A stretch of DNA of 64,000 nt from a virus. The DNA lies in the IMG/VR virus record IMGVR_UViG_3300009550_000013, positions 7,335-71,334 of that record; one strand, 5' to 3'. A model generated the notes under the pieces. The model did not search any database, had not been told where the DNA came from, and saw nothing but the letters and a program-made list of their open reading frames with translations. The position numbers and the translations under genes are program-made. Below are positions 47,414 through 57,697 of the stretch, piece by piece. Numbering within the stretch: the stretch's first letter is position 1; the number at the start of each line of letters is the position of its first letter.

Positions 47414-49333
47414 ATGGCTACACCGTTAGTAAGAATACCGCAAGTACAAGGAGGCACAATGTATGCCTTCGCAAATGGAACAAGAGATTTAACAAGGGCT
47501 TTTAATAATGCTGACCTTGAGTTTGATTTTTCAAAATATGCTCTTTTAGATTTGCCTAATTTTCAAGCTCCTTCTAGTGGAGAAAACACAATTCAGTTTG
47601 ATTCATTGATAGATTATTCTGGAGCGGCATACGTTCCTTCTTCTAATGCAGCTGTAGAATTTGCTAAAACATTTCAAAATTACGCTCTTAATTTAGAGGA
47701 ACTTCTTTTACAAGATGATGATTTTGATTCTGCTCTTTTTAGTTCGGATTCAGAAAAAATATTCTTTAAATGGCTAGAAAAAACAGGTGCTATTAGATTT
47801 AAAACTGCCGATTCTAATGAAGCATCAAGCGTTGGTTTTTCTACAGAAGAATTTAATGCTAGTGGAACAGGTACTGACTATGAAAGAGTTGTAAAATATT
47901 TAGGTACTATTGATGTAGGAAATGATATTAGTTACAAAGGTCAAGCTTATCAAGAAGTATTTATAAACGTACCTTCTAGTGTAGGTTTTACCCCTACTGT
48001 TTTATTTAATAGTACAAACTATAATTCTACACAATCTTCTATTTTAGGAGAGGCTGATATAAATGGTAGAGCGGGTACGATTCACCCAGACATAAATTTA
48101 GATGTTGAAACTTTGGCTGATAATGCTTCTGGTGAATATTTAATAGGTGCTACGGCTTCTAATTACGGTATTGATTGGGATGCTGAAAATTATGCAAATG
48201 TAGTAAATTCTTCTACATTACAGACTTTAGAAGATTTTGCCAAGACCGGCCAAGACTTTAGGTTTAACGCAGTATTAATTTATTACGACCTTTACAGTAA
48301 ATCTGTACCTTCTAATAGGTCTACAAATCTTTATGGTATATTAATATTAGACAATCCACAAGATAATCCTGGCGCGGCAAGTAGCTCTTATATTCCTGAA
48401 ATTGTAAAATATAAACCTAATGAAATTACTGGTTTAAATGGAAATGCTTTTGGTCTTAAACTAAATCTTAAATTTAATTCGTCTTTAGATAACGTTGGTG
48501 TAGAAGTAAATGTAAATGACTTTACTACGTTTTCCATGGATTTATTCATGAATACGACTGCTTCTTTAGAACAGGCTACTAAAATATTAAGAGATGCTAA
48601 TATTAGATATAACACTATTTCGAAAAGAGTTGATGACGTAGAAAACTTAATTGCAACAACTGAGGGAACTGACTTAATTTTAAGTAGATTAAATTCTTTA
48701 GAAACTTCTTTAGAAAATGCTTCTTTAAATTTATCAGATGCTGAAAGCTTATTAAGTTTAATTAATAGTGCTAATAGCAGAATAAATCAAATAGTTGACG
48801 GAACTATTCCTACTGAGGTACAATACAATACAGATGTTTTAGTAGCAGATAAAGGTATACTTTTAGATAAAAGCATTCCTAACAAAATTAAAATAAAAAA
48901 TAATTTAAACGGCTACTTTTTAAATAGGCCATATAGGTTTAATGAAAATACTCAGACTAGATATACTGAGATAACTTCAGTATCCCAATATGAGCCATTT
49001 CAATCTTCTATTTATGGTATTTGGACTTCAATTGGTGGCTATTCAAATCAACTAAGATTGTCAGGTAAAGTAACCACCGGAAGTGCAGACAGTAATATCA
49101 ATATATATTTAGATGATAAACTTATCAAGTGGTCCGATGGCCAAAGTTTTAAAGTTGTTTTTGAAGGTCTAGATTTAAACGGTAATTCTATAAATATTTG
49201 GACTAATAACTTAAATAACTATAATACACAGATTGGAAGTTTATCAGATGCTCAATTGAGCGATAACCCATATTTTGAAATAGTATGCATAAATGCAGCT
49301 AATTATAATTTTGAAATTGATATAATAAGATAA
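47414..49333 (+). CDS. Putative baseplate structural protein
   Basis: Synteny; internal coiled coil. Confidence 0.6.
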   Translation: MATPLVRIPQVQGGTMYAFANGTRDLTRAFNNADLEFDFSKYALLDLPNFQAPSSGENTIQFDSLIDYSGAAYVPSSNAAVEFAKTFQNYALNLEELLLQDDDFDSALFSSDSEKIFFKWLEKTGAIRFKTADSNEASSVGFSTEEFNASGTGTDYERVVKYLGTIDVGNDISYKGQAYQEVFINVPSSVGFTPTVLFNSTNYNSTQSSILGEADINGRAGTIHPDINLDVETLADNASGEYLIGATASNYGIDWDAENYANVVNSSTLQTLEDFAKTGQDFRFNAVLIYYDLYSKSVPSNRSTNLYGILILDNPQDNPGAASSSYIPEIVKYKPNEITGLNGNAFGLKLNLKFNSSLDNVGVEVNVNDFTTFSMDLFMNTTASLEQATKILRDANIRYNTISKRVDDVENLIATTEGTDLILSRLNSLETSLENASLNLSDAESLLSLINSANSRINQIVDGTIPTEVQYNTDVLVADKGILLDKSIPNKIKIKNNLNGYFLNRPYRFNENTQTRYTEITSVSQYEPFQSSIYGIWTSIGGYSNQLRLSGKVTTGSADSNINIYLDDKLIKWSDGQSFKVVFEGLDLNGNSINIWTNNLNNYNTQIGSLSDAQLSDNPYFEIVCINAANYNFEIDIIR

Positions 49334-49339
49334 AAATAG

Positions 49340-52300
49340 ATGGACACACAAAACTCATTAAATAGTATACTTAGACAGTTCACTCAAATGAACACAAATG
49401 CTTTAGAAACTTTCGAAAGAATTAATCAAGCAGTGACGACTCAGGATGAATCAATAACTGTTTCTATAGATTTATTTGGTGCTCCAGACGAAGATGGTAA
49501 TACTACAATAAAAACTTATCAAATACCTTCTTTTGGTTTTTTAAATAAAGAAATTAAAAGATTAGAAAATAATATAAAATCTCTTAGTGGTATTGGTACT
49601 GCAAATGCAACCGTTCAATTACCAGATGGGAGTTTTCAGAGAGTTATCACTAAAAAATTAAAAACTCCGGCCAATGATTTAACAGCAGTTGATTTGCCTA
49701 CAACTTTTGAAACTACAGATAACGACTTTTTTGAAGATTTTTTAAATCCTCTTTTAACAGTTAAATTTGATGTAAGCGGTCAAATAGATGTAGATACTGA
49801 ACGAGTTTTAGTTAAAAGATTTATATTTCCGGCAGAGGATGATTTTGCACCTTCTTATTTTGATGATAATTTTAAAGATTTAGAAGAGTTAAATTATGAA
49901 ACTGTTCTTAACGATATTATTTCTGATGGTGTAAATATAACAATAGATGAACAGGTAAGAGATTTGCCATTCAAATCTACTCAATATTATGGAGGGTTTG
50001 ATGTTATAAAAGTAGAAAATGTTTCTAAAACGTTTATAGTTGATGGAGAAGAAGTAACCAGAACTGTTAAATTATTTACGCTTAATAAATTAACATATAG
50101 TGATGGAGAAAAAACTTTAAAAGATACTGAAGCTTTGAGCATAGGAGATAGTCTTCTTGTCAATTCTGGTAATAACAGCACTAGGTATGAGATAATCAAC
50201 ATATATTCTGGGACAAGTCAACTGGAGTTAAAGCTGATAGAAGGGTTTGATTCCGTCACAATAGGTTCTAATGTTTTAAATATTTACAAAAATTTAGATA
50301 GCTCAGTAAATATAAGCATAAATGTTGGTTTTAATGAAAGACAAATTGTATTTTTTAAAGCTATTGACCCTTCTTCTAAAATTATAGCTGAGAATTGGTC
50401 TCCTGGAACAGGATTTTATTCTAATGAATTGACAATAGAAGATGCAGATGGAAGTACTAGTACATTAGCCGCGTATTATAGAAATAATGTTGCTGATTTT
50501 GGTCAATTTATTAAATCTCTTAAAGAAGATTTTATTCCACCTGCAACTGTTGGTATTATTCCAGATCCTGTAGAATTAATATCTACTAATTTTTCAGTTG
50601 TACAAGTAAATACACATTTAACCTCTAATGATGCCTTTGATTCTATTAAAAAATTATCAAGTGATAAAACTAATGTTTTAGAATCTATTAAAAAACTAGA
50701 TGATACGATTACTAGTAAAAGGTCTGAGATAGCTACTAAAAAATATACTTCTAAAATAGAACAGAATAAAGATAAAAATAATCTTAATTCTTTAATTGAA
50801 AAAAGAAGTGCGGAGTCTAAACTTTATACTTCTATAGTTAATCAAATACAAAGTATAAGTACTGACCAGAATGTATTAGAGGTAAGTCCTAAATATAGAG
50901 TAAGAGGGTTTTGGACTATTCCGGAAGCAAAAGATAACGAAGATACATTGCCTCAAGAGATTATTCAATTTAAAATTCAATATAGATATGTTTCTTCTAG
51001 CGGAAAAACTAGTAATATTGAACAAATTCCTTTTGAAACTAATGGTCAAACAACAACTGCAAGTTTTTCTAATTGGAATCAATACGAAACTCCTGTAAGA
51101 AAAAGATTAAGAGATTCTGTTACTGGTAAGTATATTTGGGTTTCTGAATCTGTTGAGGATGGGCAAGAAATTAACTTTAATCAATTAGATATTCCAATCA
51201 ACTTAGGAGAAAGTGTAGAAATAAGAATTAAATCTATTTCAGAAGCTGGATATCCTTCTAATCCATTAGAATCTGATTGGTGTGAGGTTGTTAAAATTGA
51301 TTTTCCAGAAGGTCTTTTAGATACTTCTAATGTTATTAATTTAATAGAAGAAAATTCTAAAGAAACTACATTTGTTAAATTAATTGAGGAGCTTGAATCA
51401 AAAGGTTTTTATGAACACATTGCACAGGCTTTTATAGCAAATGAAAACTATTTTGCACATGGTGCTAGAGATATTAGTTCTGGATTTTTATCAGGAGAAC
51501 AAACACCTATTACTCTTTTTGATAAATTGATAGACCTTCAAAAAGAAATAGATACCCTTAGAGAAACTATACAAAATGCTGAAGGTGAATTAACAGTTAG
51601 TTTAGTTGACGAAGATGGAACTGTTAATCAAATAGAAGCTAATCAAACTGCTAAGGTATTTGCAGGATATTATACAGATGAGGTTGCTGACTTAAATATT
51701 AAAAAAGGACATATAGTTACAAAAACTTTTAAATTATTGTTAGAAAATACAAAAGCTACTGATTTAGAGCTTATTGCTAGGGTTATTGGTAAAAGAGACG
51801 ACGCTGTATTTCCTTCTTCATCATCTGGTACCGAAGTTGTTTTTGAAATGGGTACTCATGATTATAGTACGTCTGCAACTCCAGTTTTAGCGTCTAGGGT
51901 TGAAAACGATACTTATTACACGGTTGAAGGTAAATACGACTTGGTTCCTTTACAGTATCAAAATTTATCGGATAATGAAGCCTCAGCAGAAATATTTAAT
52001 AATCAATCACCTAATCAATCTGCTCAGAGAAAAGGTCAATTTATTTATAGTAGATTTATGGACGTTTCAGGAGAAAATCCTCTTTATGCTGTAGCTCCTT
52101 TAGATTATTTAAAAGGAACAAACATGTTTACTACTAACGACACTAGTAGATTTGAATTTTTTGGCAAACAAGGGACCGGTGCTACAGGAGTTGTTAGTTC
52201 TGATTTTATCTGGGACGGAACAACTGGCGTAGTTACTTTAGATTCATTAACTTCAGGAGATTATGATGATAATATTTATATACATATAGACCACCCACAA

Positions 52301-52882
52301 ATAGGTGAGGCCGGGTTCTCTCATGAAAGCGTAAATATGAGTCAACTTGCTACACTACAGGAGAGCGAAGATTTTTCTAGTTTACAAAATGCATATAGAT
52401 ACGATAACGATCCGTCGTATGAAAGAACTATGAAGATGTCATTTGACGATAACGATCAATTTTTATTAGGTGGAAAATCATGCGGTGCATATTTATTTGC
52501 TTCACCTACAAGGATAGGAAGTTTAAGAGTTAGCGGAGATAATAAATTTGGTAGAAGAAAAATAGGTAAATTAGATGAAAAGCAAGTAAATTCTACAACT
52601 GCTAAAGCTCCTAACATTACATTAGATATTGTGTTTCAGTACAGAATGACTGACTATTTTGGAGCTACACCTACAGGAGGCGTTGATACTTCATCTGGAA
52701 GAATAGGAGGTTTAAATACTTCTCAGATTAATAATTTGACGTATTCAAAAACAATAGGTATAGACTTATTTGATTCTAATGATAACCAATTTTCTTTTGA
52801 TATAGAAGTTTTTGCTAAATATAAACCTAAAGGATTTAATCTTAATAATATTAAAGCAGTAACTCTTAATAAAACTGTATAG
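49340..52882 (+). CDS. Large putative virion structural protein
   Basis: 1180-aa ORF with coiled coils and FnIII-like beta segments. Confidence 0.65.
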   Translation: MDTQNSLNSILRQFTQMNTNALETFERINQAVTTQDESITVSIDLFGAPDEDGNTTIKTYQIPSFGFLNKEIKRLENNIKSLSGIGTANATVQLPDGSFQRVITKKLKTPANDLTAVDLPTTFETTDNDFFEDFLNPLLTVKFDVSGQIDVDTERVLVKRFIFPAEDDFAPSYFDDNFKDLEELNYETVLNDIISDGVNITIDEQVRDLPFKSTQYYGGFDVIKVENVSKTFIVDGEEVTRTVKLFTLNKLTYSDGEKTLKDTEALSIGDSLLVNSGNNSTRYEIINIYSGTSQLELKLIEGFDSVTIGSNVLNIYKNLDSSVNISINVGFNERQIVFFKAIDPSSKIIAENWSPGTGFYSNELTIEDADGSTSTLAAYYRNNVADFGQFIKSLKEDFIPPATVGIIPDPVELISTNFSVVQVNTHLTSNDAFDSIKKLSSDKTNVLESIKKLDDTITSKRSEIATKKYTSKIEQNKDKNNLNSLIEKRSAESKLYTSIVNQIQSISTDQNVLEVSPKYRVRGFWTIPEAKDNEDTLPQEIIQFKIQYRYVSSSGKTSNIEQIPFETNGQTTTASFSNWNQYETPVRKRLRDSVTGKYIWVSESVEDGQEINFNQLDIPINLGESVEIRIKSISEAGYPSNPLESDWCEVVKIDFPEGLLDTSNVINLIEENSKETTFVKLIEELESKGFYEHIAQAFIANENYFAHGARDISSGFLSGEQTPITLFDKLIDLQKEIDTLRETIQNAEGELTVSLVDEDGTVNQIEANQTAKVFAGYYTDEVADLNIKKGHIVTKTFKLLLENTKATDLELIARVIGKRDDAVFPSSSSGTEVVFEMGTHDYSTSATPVLASRVENDTYYTVEGKYDLVPLQYQNLSDNEASAEIFNNQSPNQSAQRKGQFIYSRFMDVSGENPLYAVAPLDYLKGTNMFTTNDTSRFEFFGKQGTGATGVVSSDFIWDGTTGVVTLDSLTSGDYDDNIYIHIDHPQIGEAGFSHESVNMSQLATLQESEDFSSLQNAYRYDNDPSYERTMKMSFDDNDQFLLGGKSCGAYLFASPTRIGSLRVSGDNKFGRRKIGKLDEKQVNSTTAKAPNITLDIVFQYRMTDYFGATPTGGVDTSSGRIGGLNTSQINNLTYSKTIGIDLFDSNDNQFSFDIEVFAKYKPKGFNLNNIKAVTLNKTV

Positions 52883-52909
52883 CTCTTAACTTAAGGTTTT
52901 TATTAAAGA

Positions 52910-52917
52910 GATATATA
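52910..52917 (+). promoter_or_regulatory. Putative late promoter GATATATA
   Basis: About 30 nt upstream of 52947. Confidence 0.5.
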
Positions 52918-52946
52918 ATTAGTAAAACTAAAAATATTAATAGTTG

Positions 52947-55900
52947 ATGTCTAAAAGTATTAGAACGGATATTGAAACTAATAATGGTTCTGATTTTATA
53001 TCAAGGCCTATTTTAAGAACTAACCCTAAACTTTCTACAAATGTTAAGATTGTAGTAGAAAATGATGAGATTTATTTAGAAAGTTTTGATTCTTCAGAAC
53101 AATTGTCTAATTTTAAATATAAAAAGAAAAGAGTTAGTAAAAATGGAAAGTATTCTTATGACCTTTCTAGGTTTTGGATAAAAAACTCAACTCCTTTAGA
53201 TTTAGCGTTCGGTATAAAGCGAGAGTACAGCGATTTTTCAATACTTGATGATTTCTCAAAACAGTTTGAAGAGACTTATAATTTCGGAGCTTCATCTAAT
53301 TTCTCAAAATTATATAATTCTGAATTTAAAATATTTGCACCTATATGGTTAGATAAAAAAATACCTTCTAAGTTTTTAATTTTTAGAATGAAAGACCCGG
53401 TGGATTTAAAACATTCTGAATATGCTAATAACGCAGATAGATTATCTAAAGTATTGTCAGACTCTACTTTAATAAAGACGATAGACCTTTCTGATGAAAG
53501 CAATATAGGTACTTATATAAGAAATCATGTAAATTCTGAAGATTTTCCAAAGTCTTCTTTAACGGTTTCTTTTGATAAAGACGAACAAACTTTATACAAT
53601 GGTATAGATTTAGAAAAAGGTGGTTTTGTTAGTAAAGGGGAATTCCAATATAAAGACACTTTAAATACTGATAAACCTATCATAGAATACAACGATTTTA
53701 TAACATCAGGATTTTCTAGAAATGGAGTAGCATGTGCTAATTTACTTAATTTAGAATTTATGTTTAATGATGAAGAGGCTATAGAGTATGATATAAATAG
53801 ATATTATGGATTATACGTTGACTCTCATGATATAGGTAAAGGAAAAGTTGAAAAAATATTAAAAGACACTATTACTTTTTCTGAAATAGAACATAATTTA
53901 GATTTTACTACACTTGATGATTATTGGTCTTTACCATATTCTGATTTTTTTAAAGAATTAGGAATGTTTGGTTGGGTAAAAACAGATAAAGATTATCATA
54001 ATGTTAAGAATGGAGTAGATTGGGATATATCTAAATACCAAATAAAGATAGATTCTAATAATAAAGATTATTCTGATTTTTTAGGTATTAAAAAATCTGA
54101 CAAAACTGTAGAGGTATTTGAAAATGCAGAAGCAGAAGGAGATTTTATAAAGTTAAAAGTAATAGGTTCTCCTAATAATGGAGATAATTTTACTTTAGTT
54201 AATTTAAAGAAACAATCTTTTTCCATATTTGTAAATAAAAATGAACCAGGAGAATTAATAACTATAGAAGATAATCTTTCTAATTCTTTTACTGCTGTTT
54301 CTGGTTCTACAGTTGAAGAAACTACACTTAATATAGTTTCTTCGTGGCCTAACACTGGAAATTTTGCTAAGTATTCAGTTTCTAGAAAATATAATTCTTA
54401 TGATAATGTTTGGTATGTTGACGTCTTCGAAGATGTAATTAACATGGAAGAAGACCATTCTTTTGTAAGCTTAAATAATACTAATACATTTTTATTTATT
54501 TCTAGAAATGTATATCCTGTAAATGTTGCAGCCAACACTTTTTATGCTGATAATTCTTTAACAAAATCACATACTAATGGTAATAACTTTTCTTGTTTAG
54601 GGTCTCATGAGAATATAGCAAATGCTATTTCAGAAGTTATCCTTGAAAAAACTAGATTTGAAACAATTGTTGAAGGTGAAACAATATATGTTAAGTCTCC
54701 TATAAAAGGATATAACTTAAATAATTTTGGTTTTTTCTTTACTAATTCTAATTTTCCATTTTTAGAAATAGAAATTGGAGAAGATTCTTCTAATGTTTTA
54801 GAAATTGCTTCTTCCTTTTTAACAACTAAAACCGCATATTATTTACAAGGAGGTAATGAAAAAAATAAATCTATTTATATTAATTTAGATGACGAAGATG
54901 ATATTTTAATAGGTGAATATTTTAGAGATTCTTTAGGTAATTACAATAAAGTTTTAGATAAGGTAGCAGATGGTAGGTCAGTTAATTCAGAATTTAAAAA
55001 GATTATTTTAGAAAAAGAAATAAAAAATAAACTTAAGGGTGTTTTAAGTGTTTTTTCAGAATTTAAACTTTCTTGGGGTTATTTTAGCGGGTATGACGTT
55101 TATGATTTTAATTTTGATTTCTTTGATGAATCAAACTCAAATTTAAAAGAGCTTACTGATGATAGGACATCTGGATATCCTAAAGATACACCGAGTCCAA
55201 AATCAGCATTTAATGAAGAAAGTTTAGAAAGATTATATTCAAATCCTGAAGATTATTACGCGGTGCTTATGCCTTTATTAAAGCAAGAATCACCAAGTGA
55301 CGATGAAGATATTGAATATGTGAAAAGTGAATATGATAGGCTTAAAGAAAATTTTACAACTCAATTTTCTACTAAATCTAGAGTAGTACCTCATATTAAT
55401 AAGTGGTCTTTAATAAACTCAACAAATGTTCGCGAGAATCCATATTATTTAAACGTATCTGAGGCTTTTGGAGAAACTAACTTTTCACCTAGTTTAGAAG
55501 TTTTAGAAAGAGACCCTAAAAAAATGACACATGAATGGTTTTATATAGATAAAAGACCTGATTATAACATTACTCCACTTGATAATTTTAGTTATTTAGA
55601 AACTTCACCTGACATTTCTATAGAGTTTGACGATTTTAAAAGTGTTGATTTTAATTATTTTAAATCTTACTTTTTAAGTATGGGTTATCAACACCAATTC
55701 GGATATTTCCATTATGAGAATAAAAAACAAAAGTATACTTTTATAGAAAATGGAAGTAAAGAGAGTTTCGGGTCTACTATTTTTAAAGGTTTAAAGTTTT
55801 CTTTAAAAGATAGAAAAAAAGTAACTAATTCAATTACTAAAGAATTCATAAAGTCAGCTAGTTTTAATGGGTATAAATTTTCTAGTTTTTTAAAAATAAA

Positions 55901-57695
55901 ATTTGATAGTTCTAAACCTAATAAGTTAAGTATAAAGGCTATTAGAAATAAAAAATTTAAGTATGTTGTTTTGATGTTAGAAATGGAGGTTTCTGACGAT
56001 AATTTTACTTATCTAAATAGAAGATTATTATACGAATTATCACATAAAATAAATTCTGCTAATGAATATGCTGATGCAGAAATAAGTGGTGCTATTGATT
56101 TATCGTCTACTTCACTTCCTGCATCAGGTTTTACTACTTTAAATTCTATGGAACATGCAAGCGGAGAAAATTCGTTATTTAATAGTCAAATTTTAAGAGA
56201 CCCTTCTAATGGATTATTTGGAATGCTTAAAATAAAAATAGGTTCTATAGAATATGGAATTCAAATAGCAAACATTATTAATAATAATACTATTCAGTTT
56301 CAAGGAGCAATGATTGAACTTTCTACTGGGCTTATTCAACCTACCGGTTATTACACAGCGTCTCAATATAAAACGGCGGAATACACATATGCCGGTGGTG
56401 GTATAAATGCACATGAAGCTCTTTTTAATCAGTTATCTGCAGGTAGCATATCTGATATCTTAAACAATTCAAATGATGCGGAATATGTTACTGTTGAAAA
56501 TGACGGAACGTTAATAGAAAACAGTTTTGTAATAAATGTAGAAGATGGAAATGAAGTTATAAAAAGTTCTAAACTTACATCAGAAGTAGATACAAACAAA
56601 CCCAAAGCATTTGGTCTTACAAATTCAGTAATAGGTTATGAAATAATAGAATCTTTTGGTCAATATTTCACATTCTTAAAAAGACATAATGGTAAATACT
56701 CTCCGGAAATGACTCCTATCATTACATTTAGAGAACCATTTTCAAGACATAGAATCAATACTGATTGGGCGGCAGATCAGCCTACTAATGCAGAATATGA
56801 CACTACTAACCTTCAATTAAATGAATTAACTGTTGCTTTATATAAAAAACTAAATGATTTAGGAATATTTTATGATTTAACTTTTATTAGAGATGCTAAT
56901 TTTAGAAATTCTTACGGTAAAATAAAAAATTACTTTTTTCATAAAGTAAATGAAATAGATACCGAGGGTGTTATTAAACTTTCAGAGTCAGATTCTCTTT
57001 TACCTAAATACGCATTAATAGATGAAATTGCAATAGATAAAAAAGATATTAATGTATTTAATTCTAGGTGGGAAGACGATTATTATGTAAGATCGGAATC
57101 GGCTTCTAACAAATCTTTAATACCTGGTACCAAAAATATTATTGAAGAAAAAAGCTTTTTCTCTTCATGTATTCCTAAAATAGGAAATGCATATCAAATA
57201 TTCGATTTTACTTCTGAATATTTTGAAACCATAGATATTTTAACTGACGCAAAAATATTAAACAATGTTGAAAGTGAAGTAGCTTTTACAGAAACTAAAA
57301 CACAAGTATTCATTGATTTTTATTTAGAAAAAAGTGTAGTACGATATTTTAAAAATGAAGGAATCAAAGACACTATATCTAAATTTGTAACTTTAGAAAA
57401 AAGTTTTGGTAGAATAGATACTTTAGATGATGATATTGAAGAGTACGTTTCTAATAATATTTTACCATTATTTTCTATCAACTCTATTGATTTATATGTT
57501 TTATCAGGTAAAAAATATACGACTTCTATAGATTCATCACAGAGTGTTTCTAACGTTGAAAGTGGAGGGTACATATTAGATAATAATTATAGTTATGTAT
57601 TAGACTCTAAAAATCCACTTAATTTTAGGTTAATATATAATAAAAAAGCAGGTTTAAAATCAAAAATTAGGCCTATAATAAAAATAAAGTCATAA
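52947..57695 (+). CDS. Very large putative virion structural protein
   Basis: ~1582-aa ORF inside the structural module; no motif recognised. Confidence 0.65.
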   Translation: MSKSIRTDIETNNGSDFISRPILRTNPKLSTNVKIVVENDEIYLESFDSSEQLSNFKYKKKRVSKNGKYSYDLSRFWIKNSTPLDLAFGIKREYSDFSILDDFSKQFEETYNFGASSNFSKLYNSEFKIFAPIWLDKKIPSKFLIFRMKDPVDLKHSEYANNADRLSKVLSDSTLIKTIDLSDESNIGTYIRNHVNSEDFPKSSLTVSFDKDEQTLYNGIDLEKGGFVSKGEFQYKDTLNTDKPIIEYNDFITSGFSRNGVACANLLNLEFMFNDEEAIEYDINRYYGLYVDSHDIGKGKVEKILKDTITFSEIEHNLDFTTLDDYWSLPYSDFFKELGMFGWVKTDKDYHNVKNGVDWDISKYQIKIDSNNKDYSDFLGIKKSDKTVEVFENAEAEGDFIKLKVIGSPNNGDNFTLVNLKKQSFSIFVNKNEPGELITIEDNLSNSFTAVSGSTVEETTLNIVSSWPNTGNFAKYSVSRKYNSYDNVWYVDVFEDVINMEEDHSFVSLNNTNTFLFISRNVYPVNVAANTFYADNSLTKSHTNGNNFSCLGSHENIANAISEVILEKTRFETIVEGETIYVKSPIKGYNLNNFGFFFTNSNFPFLEIEIGEDSSNVLEIASSFLTTKTAYYLQGGNEKNKSIYINLDDEDDILIGEYFRDSLGNYNKVLDKVADGRSVNSEFKKIILEKEIKNKLKGVLSVFSEFKLSWGYFSGYDVYDFNFDFFDESNSNLKELTDDRTSGYPKDTPSPKSAFNEESLERLYSNPEDYYAVLMPLLKQESPSDDEDIEYVKSEYDRLKENFTTQFSTKSRVVPHINKWSLINSTNVRENPYYLNVSEAFGETNFSPSLEVLERDPKKMTHEWFYIDKRPDYNITPLDNFSYLETSPDISIEFDDFKSVDFNYFKSYFLSMGYQHQFGYFHYENKKQKYTFIENGSKESFGSTIFKGLKFSLKDRKKVTNSITKEFIKSASFNGYKFSSFLKIKFDSSKPNKLSIKAIRNKKFKYVVLMLEMEVSDDNFTYLNRRLLYELSHKINSANEYADAEISGAIDLSSTSLPASGFTTLNSMEHASGENSLFNSQILRDPSNGLFGMLKIKIGSIEYGIQIANIINNNTIQFQGAMIELSTGLIQPTGYYTASQYKTAEYTYAGGGINAHEALFNQLSAGSISDILNNSNDAEYVTVENDGTLIENSFVINVEDGNEVIKSSKLTSEVDTNKPKAFGLTNSVIGYEIIESFGQYFTFLKRHNGKYSPEMTPIITFREPFSRHRINTDWAADQPTNAEYDTTNLQLNELTVALYKKLNDLGIFYDLTFIRDANFRNSYGKIKNYFFHKVNEIDTEGVIKLSESDSLLPKYALIDEIAIDKKDINVFNSRWEDDYYVRSESASNKSLIPGTKNIIEEKSFFSSCIPKIGNAYQIFDFTSEYFETIDILTDAKILNNVESEVAFTETKTQVFIDFYLEKSVVRYFKNEGIKDTISKFVTLEKSFGRIDTLDDDIEEYVSNNILPLFSINSIDLYVLSGKKYTTSIDSSQSVSNVESGGYILDNNYSYVLDSKNPLNFRLIYNKKAGLKSKIRPIIKIKS

Positions 57696-57697
57696 AG